Source: the human T2T-CHM13v2.0 reference genome, Homo sapiens
Length of the DNA: 64,000 bases
NCBI RefSeq assembly: GCF_009914755.1
Contig: NC_060928.1
Reading direction: 5' to 3' (one strand)
Notes under the pieces: generated by a model
The model's database searches: none
What the model saw: only the letters and a program-made list of their open reading frames with translations
What the model was told of the DNA's origin: nothing
Shown here: one piece after another, positions 40,221 through 56,150 of the stretch
Layout: each line of letters starts with the position of its first letter
Numbering within the stretch: the first letter of the stretch is position 1
Made by a program: the position numbers and the translations under genes

Positions 40221-41317
40221 ATTTTTCTCATTTTTTAAAAGATGAGGAAAATGAGGCTCAGAAATGTTAAACAATTTCCTGAACATGATACACAGGTAGG
40301 TGAATCATCTGGCCCCAGAGCCCATCATCTTTCTGTTCCAAGTTGCCTCCAATGCAACAAACAGAGAGCAGAAGCATCACGGGAATGTTGTTAAATGTTC
40401 CCTGTGGCATTGCCCAATGAATGAGGATGAAGCCAGGCGTCCTCAGCCTTTGGTCCCAAGTACAGTAATCCCCAAAGAATGCTGGTTCTGAGGTCTCCCT
40501 CCAGCCCTGAATAAAGTCCCCTGGATGCATTTCTGGGAATTGAAGGATATAATTTCTTTAAAAAATATTTTAAGGCAAGTAGTTATTAAATATTATAGTC
40601 ATAATTAAATAATTCATAATACCTCAAATTTCCCCTCGGGAGACCTCTGTCAAAACCATGCTATGCCCAGCTACAAAATTCTAATGATAAATTTCATATA
40701 TTCTAACCCAGCTCATTTCCCAAAGAGGCACTAATATCTCTGGGGGGTTTTAAATCATGGCACTGCTGTCAAGTTGTAAGTATTATCATCTTCATTTTGT
40801 GGGTGAGGAAACTGAATTTTTAAGGATTTAAAAGACTTGGCTAAGGTCATACAGCTAATGAGGAGCAGAGAAGGGTTGGAATCCAGATTTTCAGCTTCTA
40901 CACTGCCACTCTGGCAGTCAAACCCTGAGCCATTTACTGTGGAAAAGCTTTGTGACAAGCACTGCACTAAGGGCCAGAAATGGAAAAGTGAGTAAGACAT
41001 AGTTCCCAATCTTGTGGGGAGATACACTCATAACTAACACAATAAAATGTAAACATGGTGATAGACCATATCTATAAAATGCCACTGGGGCACATGAAAT
41101 TCTTTAAAAAGCATGTAACAATTGAACTGGGTGTTGGAGAGTGAGTAAGAGTTTGCCCAGGAGGGGAAGTGCAGTCTAAGCAGAAGGCGATTCTTGTGCA
41201 TGGAGTATGCAGGAAACATGCGGGAGTGGCCCCTTGATTCTTGCTGCATTTTGAAAGGCGAGACCTTTTAAATAGTCTGATTTATGATACAACAGTAATA
41301 AACCAGACAAGAGTACC

Positions 41318-43028
<1,711 letters not shown>

Positions 43029-43315
43029 GCAAGAGGACCCTTTAAACTTTATAAGTTTACATATACAATGTGTGTGTATGTCAACATACATGTGCATGAA
43101 GTGTGTAGGAAACATGGGGGAGTGGCCCCTTTATTCTTGTTATATGTGGATATATGTATACCCACAGTATATATCTGTATATATTAGTATATACACAGTA
43201 TATATATGAATATATGTATATATACACACGTAGTATATATATGGCATTTCATTGAAATGTCTTAAGACTGACAAATTTTAGGACTATTATCTTGGCTTTT
43301 CTCTTTAATCTATCT

Positions 43316-43489
43316 CAGTGTTTCTTGATTAGGGCCAATTTTTAAATGTCTCTGAACATTTTTGGTTGTCACAACTGGGGACGGGATGGGGAAAGGTGTT
43401 ACCGGCATCCTACAATGCACAGGACAGCTCCGGCAAGAAAAAAATTATCCAGTCCAAATAGTCAATTATGCTGAGGCTGAGAAACCCTG
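43316..43489 (+). mobile_element. MER20 (internally deleted)
   Basis: cagtgtttct...acatttttggttgtcacaactgggg...catcctacaatgcacaggacagc...tgagaaaccctg. Confidence 0.85.
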
Positions 43490-45304
43490 CTTATCTGCTT
43501 AGGAAGCCAGGCTCCTCCATCAAACTATCACCAAAGCCCAGAGAAAGGGTGCCGGAACTAAACCAAAGGCACAGGCATTTCAATTTCAGAGGAATTAGCA
43601 CTGAGGCTGACGACCTTGTTCTTGCTTCACAACCTGACAGAAGCCTGCTCTGTGTTAACTAGGTAAAGAGACACCACAGAGATTACATAAAAAGCAGGCA
43701 GCTCAGGGGCCTAAGAACGGATGGTATCCATTAAAAATCAATTCACTAATAGTTTACCTAATAAACAGAACCACCAGGCTAAGTTTTAAAGGCCCTTCCT
43801 GCTTCTGCAGAGTGAAACAAGGGCAAACAGTTAATATATTTTTCTGTGTGCTTCTGTCTTTATTCTGTTTACTTAATAGCAATAACAACAACCATTGCCA
43901 TTGCTGAGCACTCACTAGATATCAAGCACCATGCTAACTGCTTTCCGTGAATTATATCATGGAACCTTCCCCATTATGATATTATTTCCAGGGCATATAT
44001 TTTCCCCTGCTGGAGACTCATCCTTATTATGAGAGAAAACACTGAAGCGGTTCCACAAAAGAAGCAGTTACACCACTTACGAAACAACGCATGGTTATCA
44101 AAACCAGAGAAAATGTAGCCATCAAACAAGCAGATTTCACTAAGCACTAAGGTCCTCCATCTGTCAGGTTTGGTGCTATTTTCTAAGAAGGTCTTACCCT
44201 CAAGAAGGATAATAATAATATTATTTTGTAATAAAAAATAAAAAATAAAACTTAGCTTCTATTTTTTACTAACATTCACATTTAGATACCCATATATGGA
44301 TAGCTTTAGATCCCCTGTCTCCCTTACTGATTGTATATTATATTCCAGACAAGAAAAGTATTATCCTTTAAACAAAGCTACTATGTTTCAGAACTTGGCT
44401 TAACCTGGTCTCAGTGCCAGGGTTCAGGCCAATTAACTAGAGGGCCAGGTGGGAGTCTACTTGTGGGAGCTGCCTTGTTTAAGAACTTAGATTTGGATGG
44501 AAAGAGACCAGAGTGGGAAGAACTACTGAGGACTGCATGATGCCTGTTCTCAAGCTCCGCTTTGCAAGTGATTTTCCAGTGCTTTTGTCCTTGACTCCAA
44601 TAAGACTTGTTTTTCTTGCCCCCAGGAAAAGTTTCACAAAACACTATTTACACTTTCTCTGTGTGACCCACTCGTATTTTCTGTTCTGATTCTATTTTAT
44701 TCCATTAAATTTTCTCTAATGCTAGTGTTGAATTAGTGGGTGACCGTATGTGCTGGTTTGCCCAGCACAGTCCTAGTTGATGCTGTTATCCCCTACAATT
44801 ATTAATGACTCTCCCTTTCAGCTGTTAAATTGATTTCATAATGCATTGCTCAGGTTTGGAAAAATCCTGCTGTGGAAAAAGAAGCTTCAAGCAGCAGGTG
44901 AAAAAACTGTTTTCACAAGGAGGGAAGAGGCCCAGGACCCTGTAGAGCTGCCTCAGGGCCAAAGAAACAGCGCTGTGAGGGATTCACATTTTCTGAATCA
45001 CAGTCTGTGCCTTTGTCAGGGTACTCAGGCAGCTGTGAGATGTCACCCCCAAGTGGTTTCTCAGGGGGTCATGGAGCAGGGTCCCTTTTCTCCCATAGAC
45101 CACAGACGTGAAAGAGAAGGATCTATGTTTCAATCCATTGACTCACCGAGACGCGTGGAGCTTGCTAAGGAATTTGGGATTCCTATACTGCAGTATGCAG
45201 GTTACAGCAGTAACCTAGGAACATCGAATTATTTCTGACAATGTTTAAACTCACGGTTTAAAGAAATTAATTACAATTAATTTTCATAAATATCTGTGTG
45301 ACCA

Positions 45305-45621
<317 letters not shown>

Positions 45622-46058
45622 CTAGAAATAAATGATAGTTACTTAACAATGTTGCTTATTCATAGTGAGATTTTCAAAAGTAAAAAAACAAAAATTTTTG
45701 TTTTCTTTAAAAAGAAATTTGCTCAGAGGTACAAAATTTTTAGTAGCCTTTCCGTGAATAACATTTAAATTTGAAATGAACAGATTAAACATTTTAAAAA
45801 CATTTTTCTTATGGAAAAGGAAAATTTTAATTACTTTAAACTGCTTTGGATATTCATTTACTTAAATCCTTTTCCATATTTCTCCGATCTTAAAATATGT
45901 TTGAGATGAGCAAAATCACATAGAATTTGTTAAAGATACTGCAATTCAGGAGGAAGTATTTGAAAAGAGGACTGACCCATATTCTCTTCAAATATTTTAT
46001 TCTTACTTTTTTTTAAAACCAAGAAGGGTAGTTTTTTGCTACATTTTAAAAAAATGAT

Positions 46059-46468
46059 TGCTATGATTTGAGTGTCCCCTCCAAAACTCATGTTGAAACT
46101 TAATCCCCAAAGTGGCAGTATTGAAAGTTGGGGCCATTAAGAGGTGATTGAATCATAAGGGCTCTGCCCTCATGAATGAATTATTAATCCATTGATAGGT
46201 TAATGGATTATCAGGGATGGGGAACTAGTGGCTTTATAAGAAGAGGAAAGACCTGAGTTAGCATGTTAGCATGCTCAGCCCCCTCACCATGTGATGCCCC
46301 GTGCTGCCTCAAGACTCTGCAGAGAGTCCCCACCAGCAAGAAGGCCCTCACCAGATGCAGCCCCTCAACCTTGGACTTCTCAGCCTCCAGAACTTCAAGA
46401 AATAAATTTCCTTCTTTATAAATTACCCAACTTCAAGTATTCTAAGCAACAGGAAACAGACTAGTGCA
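46059..46468 (+). mobile_element. MST-type MaLR solo LTR
   Basis: tgctatgatttgagtgtcccctccaaaactcatgttg...acagactagtgca; 5-bp TSD atgat. Confidence 0.88.
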
Positions 46469-47109
46469 ATGATTTTCACATTTCTACTTGAAGTGACTAA
46501 TAGCAACATATTTCAATGTTTTTGTCTTTCAAAAATAATTATGTTTTATAATTCCTAGTGACACTTCCCTCTCTTCAAGTCTCATTTAAGAAAACTGAAA
46601 AGTATTCAGGTTCTCAAAGTCAATTGGTAATAAATGGAATTTGCAGGGTTTTTTTCTTTGCTGCTGCCTCTGAGCATGGCTTCAGCAGTGCCACATCATG
46701 AATCCAGCAATGTATAGCAATGTATATTCACACATTCTTCTCATGTACTGTGCTAGGCTGTGGAGCTTAAGGCAACAGACAGCTTCTCGCTTTTTTTAGC
46801 TTTCCAGGCAAGAGCCCAAAACAACTTGTTAAAATAGGTGTTTTAAGAAAGTTAGAAATGAAAGAACTATAACCATGATAGAATGCTTTGAAATGTATTC
46901 TATCCCAGTAGTCCCTCCTCTAGAATACCAGACTGTCCTTGCAAATGATAAGCTGGAACTTTATTGTCCAAATTCAGGGGGCTGCAAGGGTGAGTGTTCT
47001 CTAATACTCCGCTGGCATCAGCTTAAATGTTGATGAATGTGGATCTGATTCAAACAGCCCAGGGAAGCAACTCTTGTAAAAATTTCTAAGACCTTATGCC
47101 GGGCTACCT

Positions 47110-48590
47110 CATTCCTTCTGTGTCTCTTCTTTAAGCACTTCTTTCACTTGGCTTCCAGGATAGCTCTCTGGCCTGCTTTATTCCCACCTCTCTGACCTCC
47201 TGCCTCACCTCTTTTGCTGGGTCCTCTCCATTTGCTCACACTCTGAACGTTGCAGTGCATTAGGGTTAGTCCTTGGCATCTTTTTTCCCCTTCCCATACT
47301 CACTTTTTAGGTTATCTCATTTATTCTCACCACCCTCACTTGCTAAGCAGTCTCATTCATTCTCATGGCTTCAAATGCCATCTATATGTTAATGACTCCC
47401 AAATGTAGAATTCTGAACTCAAGCTTAATGCTTCCACAACTGAGTTTCTATTATTGCTTCCACCCCCAGTCTGCTCCTTTTATTGTCTTCTCCATCTCAA
47501 TTGATGGCAACCTCAACTTCCCAGTGGCTCAGGCCAGAAACCTTGGAGTCATCTTTGACACCTCTCTTCCTTTCACATTCCGCATCAGCAAATGTGATTG
47601 TCTCTGCCTCAAAATGTAGCTGAGGGTAGGGTATGGTGGCTCACGCCTGTAATCCCAGCACTTTGGGAGGCCGAGGCGGGCAGATCACTTGAGGTTAGGA
47701 GTTTGAGACAAGCCTGGCCAACATGGTGAAACTCTATCTCTACTACAAATACAAAAATTAGCCGGGCATGGAGGTGGGCACTTGTGGTTTCAGCTACTTG
47801 CAAGGCTGAGGCAGGAGAGTCACTTGAACCCAGAAGGCAGAGGTTGTAGTCAGCTGAGATCATGCACTGCACTCCAGCCTGGGTAACAGAGCAAGACTCC
47901 ATATTAAAAGAAAAAAAATCTAACCAGAATTTGACTTACCCAGTACTGCCACATTATACAATTCCAAGAGGCCCCTCTGACATTAAACATATAGTAAGTG
48001 ATACCTCTGGAAGCTCTGGATTTGTGAGTCTCACCACCTCCACTATCACCATCTTAGTTCAACCATCATCATCTCTTGCCTCATTGTGCAACAGCCTCAC
48101 AACTTGTATATTAACTTCCTCCTTCCCTATTCAGTGTATCCTCAACATAATGCCATCAAGATTCTGTTAAAGCACAAGTCCTATCATATCACTTCTCTCC
48201 TCAAAACTTCCCAATGGATTCTCAATTCAGAGTAAAAGCAAACATTTTACAGTGACCTCTAAGACCCTACTTGATATGGTTGTCTGTCACCAACCTGATC
48301 TCATCTTCTACGAGTACTCTGCCCTTCCCTCACTCCATCCTTGGCGTACTGAACACTTCGCTATTCATCAAACATGCCAGGAACCGCAGGGTCTTTGCAG
48401 TTTCTGTTCACCTTGCCTGGAATGATCTTACCCCAGATTTCTCTCTCTTTGTTAGGTCTTTATTCTAATGTCACCTTCTGAATGAGGCCAGCCCTGGCCA
48501 CCCTATCTAAAATTTTAGTCATTCTCCCCTGTACTTCCTATGCTCTTCCCTGCTTTATATGTTCTCATTAGCACATTTCACTACCTAAAG
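47110..48590 (+). mobile_element. L2 fragment interrupted by an AluS (47625-47918)
   Basis: L2 motifs: gctcaggccagaaaccttggagtcatctttgac, ctcaaaacttcccaatgg, ttcaccttgcctggaatg. Confidence 0.75.
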
Positions 48591-48594
48591 CAGT

Positions 48595-48770
48595 GGGAAG
48601 ATACAGCATCATCCTCCAGAATGCAGTAAACACTCTCCACCTAATGAATTTGATATGGTGCTGTGTCCCCAGTAGGCAGAATACACAGGTCCTGGAATCA
48701 AGGGGTGGAAGGAGAAATGACCCTGTTTATGCTCATTCCCAGTGATCCACTTGCAGAATTTGTGGATATG
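48595..48770 (+). mobile_element. ERVL internal fragment (pol 3' region)
   Basis: atatggtgctgtgtccccagtaggcagaatacacaggtcctggaatcaaggggtggaa...cccagtgatccacttgcagaatttgtg resembles ERVL-int. Confidence 0.65.
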
Positions 48771-48941
48771 CCCATGATACTGTGATGTCATTAAATAGCT
48801 AAGACGTGCTTTTACAAAAGAAGTTTAGATTTGATTTTGCGAAGCATTTTCACCCGTTAAAATCACAAGTGACCTGTATGGAGGTGGATTTGTTCATAAT
48901 CACATTGGATATTGTCTCTGGACAGTTCTTTCCAATCCCAA

Positions 48942-48960
48942 TACTCCCACCTGGTGGCCA
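48942..48960 (-). promoter_or_regulatory. Candidate CTCF site
   Basis: Minus strand TGGCCACCAGGTGGGAGTA versus consensus TGGCCACCAGGGGGCGCTA. Confidence 0.5.
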
Positions 48961-49432
48961 TAAAAGCTTAGATGCTGAATAAAGAGTTCAGATCAGGCTG
49001 ATAGTGTGTTCCCCAAATTCAGGCTGCAGAGTCCTCTGGTCACAAGCCCTTAACCTTGGATTCAAGGGCCCAAGGCTGGGGGCTAATAGGCAACACCATG
49101 GGCTGTGGGTGCAAAGTGTGAAAAGAAAGGGAGTTGTAGGGAAAATGATGCCGGCATAATAGCACCTTCCTCAGAGCTGTGGTCAGGCTTCAGTGAGCTA
49201 AATTCACATCAACATAGGGCCTGCCATGTGGTAGACATCTAATATAATTACACACTTTTATTATCATTAATCCAAGATGAATGGGCGTGCCAGTGGACAC
49301 AATCAAAAGACTACCCAAGAACCTGTTTTTAAGGAGAATTGTGATGTTTGAGCACAGATCTGAGAGGTGAGATGAATATCCAAAGGCAGATTCCCTCTTC
49401 TAGTACAGATGTTTCACGTAAGAAAATAAACA

Positions 49433-49765
<333 letters not shown>

Positions 49766-49789
49766 TTAATGCAATTTAACAAATATGGA

Positions 49790-50130
49790 GAGCAGCTCAG
49801 ATCTTGTCATACGTCATAAAATTCCTACAAGAGAAAGAATCCAGTTTGGATTATAGCTTTGAAAAAAATGTATCATAATTCAGAGACTCTCTACACAGAA
49901 GAAAACGTGTAAGTATAATGAATGTGAAAAACATTTCAATTCCGTCTCACCCTTTACTGTCCATCACAGAACACACGCTGGAGAAGGCAGATGTGCGGTG
50001 ACCCCAGAAACATCCTCGCCAGGGCTCTGCTTTGCCTCATGTCAGCAGCCTTGCTGGGCAGAAACCTCACACACATAATGAATGTGGAACCCTCCAGGCC
50101 CCATGAACATCAGAGGGCTCGCGCCGGAAA
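49790..50130 (+). pseudogene. Heavily decayed C2H2 (Kruppel-type) zinc-finger array relic
   Basis: 49878-49985 translates IQRLSTQKKTCKYNECEKHFNSVSPFTVHHRTHAGE in the 28-aa finger register. Flanking degenerate pieces: SSDLVIRHKIPTRER, AGQKPHTHNECG, HQRARAG. Confidence 0.6.
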
Positions 50131-52279
50131 TATTTAGATCCTGGCATTGCTTCTCTCTCCTCTCAACTACTCAGATGCTCGTTATCTCTGTGTTCATAGA
50201 TTTTTGGCTCTTGATTATGTTTTAGTTAGGTCAAAAAGTCTGCTGACATTGATCAAATCCTACTACTACTACTAACTTTTAATGGTTCATCTGAGCCTAC
50301 TGAATATAGTCAGAACTCTCCAAAATGTCTCTGTGTGCATTCTGAAATTCTGAGCAGGAGGCTGAAGGACCTCAGGGCATGGGGTGTGTTTTCATCTTTC
50401 ATTCCAAGAGAAGTCTGTGACTTTGCAAGATTAAAGAGGATGTGAGAAGTAACCAGCCGGCTTTCTTTATGGATAGGGGTGAATTTGGATTTCTGGAACA
50501 GTGGACTCTTGTGGAGGCTGGACTATTTTTGCATAAGCTGGAAAGAATACATTCGGCAGAAAAGTGCCAACCTGACATTTGCAGGGAAGGAAAAAATGCC
50601 CAGATACAACTGTACACATATGAAGAATACCAGGAATCACATGGGAAGAACAATAGCATAGGAGCAGACTAATAAGTCTTGGCAGAAACAAGGAAGTGGA
50701 TTAGGAACAATACCATGACTTCAGATATCTATATAGATTATCAAAGTAAAGGTTAATTCATAATACATCTAATGAATTTAAAATTTTAGCAAAAGGAGAG
50801 GAATACTGTGTCAAACAAAAGAAGATATTGTGAAATGGGACAAAAAAGTAAGAATGCAGTGATGAAGACTACTTTACCTAGCAGAAACACTAGGTAACAT
50901 GATCAGTAACTATACATCACATATGGTCACATATGTTCAAGGTGTTTCTCAAGTATTATTATCTGCCTTTTCAGATGGGGAAACTGAGGCACAGAGAGGC
51001 AGTCACGTGATCAATCTAGGATTTAAATGCAACAGCCTGGCTCCAGTATCTAAGCACTGCCTCTCTAATAGAGTAGAGCTAGCCAACAGAGAGTGAGAGA
51101 AATTCATATACTAGAGAATGGAATCAATCATTGTGAGATCATTTCAGTTGCAAATAAAATGAGAGAAAAAAAGTGAAATTCATGTAAGACAGGCATCCTG
51201 GGCAGGCATTAGATAAAATAATGCAGTTTAATTCAGAGAAATAGCTGGCACAGAGACAAAATGTAGTACTGATTGATTATTTCAGCTGTTAGAAAATCTG
51301 TTGTCCAAATGTCCTCCCTTCCTCTGTGTGGGTTCTGAGAAGCCACAGCTGGTGAAGGCAGTTTTGCGTCAAAGCTGCAAGGAATGTGGAGGAATCATGG
51401 AGAACAGGGTGAGAACCACAAGTTTAGGGGCTGGCTGGCAAATGGTCCTCTTTTCAAAAAGCAGACAGAGTGGGCTGGGGTGAGGAGAGGAGTCTGGAAA
51501 TTATGAAAGAACAAGTTTAATGTCAATCCATATCAAAATTCTATGTTTAAAAATAGAGTCTGTGAGCATTTAGAAGTGCAGCCATCTGAAAACCACTAAG
51601 TCGTACTTTGTATTTTGTAGGAGTGGAGATCAAATTCCAAATGTAGGCCAATCATTTCCAGTTTCTTCACAGTAGATAAGACTGGCTAAAATCTACTGTG
51701 CCCACCAGGTTAGAAAGTACACCAGCTATCTCAGCATGGCTGTTTGTGTTGGCAATAAGGAATCTGGAATCAGTGACTTGCTGTCACTGACCAGACACCC
51801 AGTGAGCCCAGAGTAAAATTCTGATTTACAGCCTATTTCTATTCATCACCATGTTGGCCTAGACCGTATGACAAGGCTTCTAACTCACTTTTTTTGCCTA
51901 GCTCTCTAATTCCAGTTTGTCCTAGAGGCTTATCCTTTGCTCTAGTCCACTAGGTTCAGCTTCCTTTAGTCCTGGCCTCTGACCCAATGTAAATGGACTG
52001 ATTATCCAGATGTACAATGCTACCCACTGCCTGGATACCTACTCTCAGGCTTCACCACATAAGTCTGCCTAAAATGTACACTAATTCAACACCTGTCTTT
52101 GAACACTGCATATGGTGGAGGCAGTCCGACTCAGACTTCCAGGGCCCCATCTTCATAAGGGTTCACAGCTTTCTCTGTCTCCCTGCAAGGCATCATCCAT
52201 TGCCTTCCTGCAATATAAACTGATTCTCTTGGGCCGTAATAAGAAATGCCATAAGCATAGTAAAAAGTAGTTTTCCCCT

Positions 52280-52620
52280 GGTATCTGACAAAACTTCGTG
52301 ATTTTCTATTGACAAGATGGGGAGATGTGGTGTGGATGATAGAACAGTTAGGTGGATTGATATCTAGCTGAAAACTAAACTCGAAGTGTCTTGAGAAATG
52401 AATCCACGTCAAACAGCCTAGAAGGAAGTATGGGCATGTTCTAAGCCTATATCTGACCCAAACTTAAACAATGATTTTGCCAGAAACCAGATAAAGACAT
52501 AAAAGGCAAAAAAGTTAGCCAAGTTTCCTACGACAACAGCCTAAGAGAGTTAATATGTGGGATAACTGTATGAAGAAATTTTTATCATTTCCTTATTTGT
52601 CAACTATATGTCAATAAAGC
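52280..52620 (+). mobile_element. L3/CR1 LINE relic (RT region); related pieces at ~53920-54080 and ~36810-36950
   Basis: agttaggtggatt...agctgaaaa...aagtttcctacgacaacagccta resembles CR1 RT (KFADDTKL region); tgtttaacctagagaagagaa resembles the CR1 3' part. Confidence 0.45.
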
Positions 52621-52859
52621 AAAAAAATAATAAGTAAGGTTAGAAATCTAAGATTTTAACATCTCTTTACAAGTTGGAAAGTTGAGGTTTAATTAAAATC
52701 AACCAACCAACAACAAAAATAAAAACACCCTGACTATAAAAAAAAAAAAGAAAAGAAAAAAGGAAAATACAAGCTGGGCCCAGAGCATCTTGTAAGAAAG
52801 TAAAGAGTGCTCACAAAAAGAAAGGGTGGAATACATAAAAGAAATGCAGGAGCCAACCC

Positions 52860-53645
52860 CAAAGAGCTCACCGCCCGCATACAAACAACCATCATCTTTC
52901 CCCTGGATTGTGGCTGGGGCCTCCAAACAACCATCATCTTTCTCCTGGATTGTGGGTGGGGCCTCCTAAACCGGTTTCCCTGTCTCTATTCTTGCCCTTT
53001 CAAGTCACTTCTCAACATAGCAGAGTGACCTAACCCATTATTCCTTCACTTGAAAGCACTAACCCATCATTCCTCCTCTTGAAACTGTCCAATGGCTCCC
53101 CATCACACTCAGAATAAAGCCCAACGTTTGTACCATGGTCCACAAGGCCCTCCACTTGCTGCTGCTTTCTCCCTCAGCACCCCTTCAGGCGCCAGCCCCT
53201 GCTGGCTCCCTCCACAGTGGCCGGCCTGCTGCACCTCCATTATGTCAGGCAAGCTCCTGCCTTAGAGCCTTCGCATTCCCTATTCCCTCTGCCTAGAAGG
53301 GCTTCCCCCAGATGCCCACAGTGCCGGCTCCTGTGCCTCCTTCAATCCCTCACTCAACTCTCATCTCACGGCGGCCTACCCTGACCACCTATTTGACTAC
53401 AGCTTTTCAAGGGCCCCTTACGCTGCTCGACTTTCTCCTTTTTCATAGCAGTGTCTCCTTCTAATGGCACAAGATAATTTGCTAATTATGTTTTATGTTT
53501 CTTTTCTGTCTCCCTGCTCTAGACTGTAAGTTCCTAAAGGCAGGAATCATCTATTTTTTTCAGCCATGTACCCGATAACCCAGAACAGTACCTGACACTT
53601 TGTAGGTACTCAATGTACCTACAATATTTGCTGAATAAATTAATG
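52860..53645 (+). mobile_element. L2 3' fragment
   Basis: ctgtccaatggctccccatcacactcagaataaagccc...ctagactgtaagttcctaaaggcagg...aatatttgctgaataaat. Confidence 0.8.
52882..52965. repeat. 42-bp tandem duplication
   Basis: caaacaaccatcatcttt c(c/t)cctggattgtgg(c/g)tggggcctc occurs twice, with 2 mismatches. Confidence 0.92.
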
Positions 53646-54751
53646 GTTTAGCTGTTAATTAATTAGTCATTAATTAGCTAAAGAGACGTCCCTTTAGGTT
53701 GCTTCTATTCCTTTGCTTTTAACATCGATATCCTTATACATGTCTCTAGTGTGTATGTATGTTTCTCTATAAAGATAGGAAAAGGTGGAATTACTGATTA
53801 CGTGCAGTTTAAATGTCAATAGATACTGCCAAATTGCCCTTCAATGTATCCATTCAGATTCACATTCCTACCATAGTGTGTGAGGACTTGTTTACCCGAG
53901 CCAACAGCATCACTTTTTAAGTGGAATATAATCTAACTGGAGGGCTGCCAGAGGGAGCAAACAGAACGGTAGAGTCTGGCACTCTCTAAAAGAAACTTCG
54001 TCTGTTTAACCTAGAGAAGAGAAAATTCTGAAGAGCTCTCGTGAAAGAAGAATTCTAATTATTCTTTGACATCCTAGTGCTGTAAAATCCTGCCTTCCCA
54101 GACCTACCCACAGGGCAACTTGACTCGTACTTGTTTCTGAATTCCATGACGTTCCCTGTTCCTAACGATGCTAATGAATTCAATTATTTGTGTATTGACC
54201 AAGGGGCAAAATACCAGATAAATTCTCTGTCTTTTTTGATATCATGTTTGCTAAGGAGCTGACTTCATATCATAAAGTAGTTGTTGTAACAATGTAACAA
54301 TTTCGTCTCACTTTTTGTTGTTTGGATCCCAATATTAAGATGACATATACTAGATAAAAATGTTCTAATTGCCAATTAGCTTGTTCAATCTCATCAATAA
54401 CTTTAAACTACAAGAATAAAATTTTTTAATCTATCAGATTGGAAAATATAAAAAAGGTCATGTACTGTTACGTACAGTATTAATGATTACAATTCTGGAA
54501 ATCAATCTAACAATGACAGAAATATAAAATGTGCACATGCTTTAAGTCAAAAATTCTATTTTTAGGAGTTATCCTAAGGAAAGAATTATGGACGTGGACA
54601 AGGACTTAGCTAATAAGGGCTTCCAAATTCATTCATTTATACTAATGAAAAAATTTAAATAAAATATCCATCTATACAAGGTTTGTTATGCAAATTATGT
54701 TACTAAGTTTAATGGAATACATGCAGCCATTAAAATTTTGAAGTAGGTCTG

Positions 54752-55165
54752 TGTGCTGGGTATTTCCCCACTGACCCTCCAGATCTATCTTTCACCCTTC
54801 TCCACCCTACCTTGTGTCCTAGGAGGGGTATCAATGGGCTCCCTCATCCTCTGGTTTTGTCTGGGTTTGACCACTGGGAAGCAATGGTAGAAAATGAATC
54901 GTTGGAAGGAATGAGGGGTCTGAGTATTCCTTCCCTTTCTTCCCTCCCTGTTGAGTCACCAAGCGCTGGCTGTGTTTTCCAAAGACCCTGGTTCCTGTCA
55001 AGAGGATATTTCCCACCACTACTCTCCTGGGTCCTGGCAACTGCCCCTCCTTTCACCTCTCTAGACCCAGGGCTGGTAACAGCTCCAGCTCCCCACTGTG
55101 GCTGTCCCTGAGGTGCTTGCCCAGTCTCTGCTGGTTCCCTAAACCCTGCCCACAGTCCTATAATG
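54752..55165 (+). mobile_element. LTR33-like ERVL LTR
   Basis: tgtgctggg...ccctccagatc...cacccttctccaccct...atcaatgggctccctc...ggttccctaaaccctgcccaca. Confidence 0.7.
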
Positions 55166-55879
55166 CAGCTTTAATTTCTGCCATCCAATATTGAAAGTTC
55201 AACAAATGAAGAGGAGAAACATACCACATTTTTGGTTCTGCATTTTCATCCTATTTTGATGTACAAAATTGTATATCAAAACATAGATTGTGTAAGGGAC
55301 ACAAAAAAATTAGTTATACACAACATTTAAAATGCACAGAAAGTTGAAGTTTTCTGTATTAGCTATTGTATCTTGCTTTGAGAATGTTATTTTAAAAGAA
55401 AGAAGATCAAGCTAAGAAGCAAAGAATAAAGAGTAATCCATTACAAAACACTATTATAACCAAATAGGAAAGTGTCCTGAAGTGTTAGAGTGATAGTAAA
55501 GACCCACAGACAACCATGGACTTAAATTAAGCAGTAAAAATTCCATTGAGAAGAGAAATACCAGCTACCTAATCAATCACATGATTACTTTCTCTAATAG
55601 ACTTAAAAAATAAAATATATAAGGTAATCAGCCCTGATTTTAAAACCTCAGGAAGACTTTTAAATAATAGGAATAGCACTTTTCTCAATATTAACACATT
55701 TATTATACATTATGTTTCAATACAAATTTTCTAAATATGATAATGTATCATATTATCAAGGTTAACTTTTAAACATTAATTATTTAGATTATAGATGGGA
55801 TAAGAACAATCTGCAAGCAGCATTGGGTTTTATTTTCACAGGTAATAGGAGTTTCCTCCAGCTACAAGGCAGAAGTTAT

Positions 55880-56150
55880 CTTCCAAATCTGTTTTATAAA
55901 ATGCAGATCAAAGCCAATGAGTGGGTCCTGAAATCAATTTAGTGGATAGAGTGAGAGGGGGCAAGTAGTATTTTTTAATGACATAAAATGACTAGAATAG
56001 AATTAGAATAAAACAGAAAGTATCAGAGTGCCTTTCACTTAAGTGTACCATATAATGAAACTTGTATTTCATTTATTTTCATGTGCACTGGGTCACAAGG
56101 CAAAATGCATTTCTTACTGGGTCTTGGTCAAAACCTTTTGAAAGCCTCTG
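55880..56150. mobile_element. hAT-Charlie-type DNA transposon fragment
   Basis: tgggtcctgaaatcaatttagtgg...tagaatagaat...catttcttactgggtcttggtcaaaaccttttgaaagcctctg. Confidence 0.5.
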
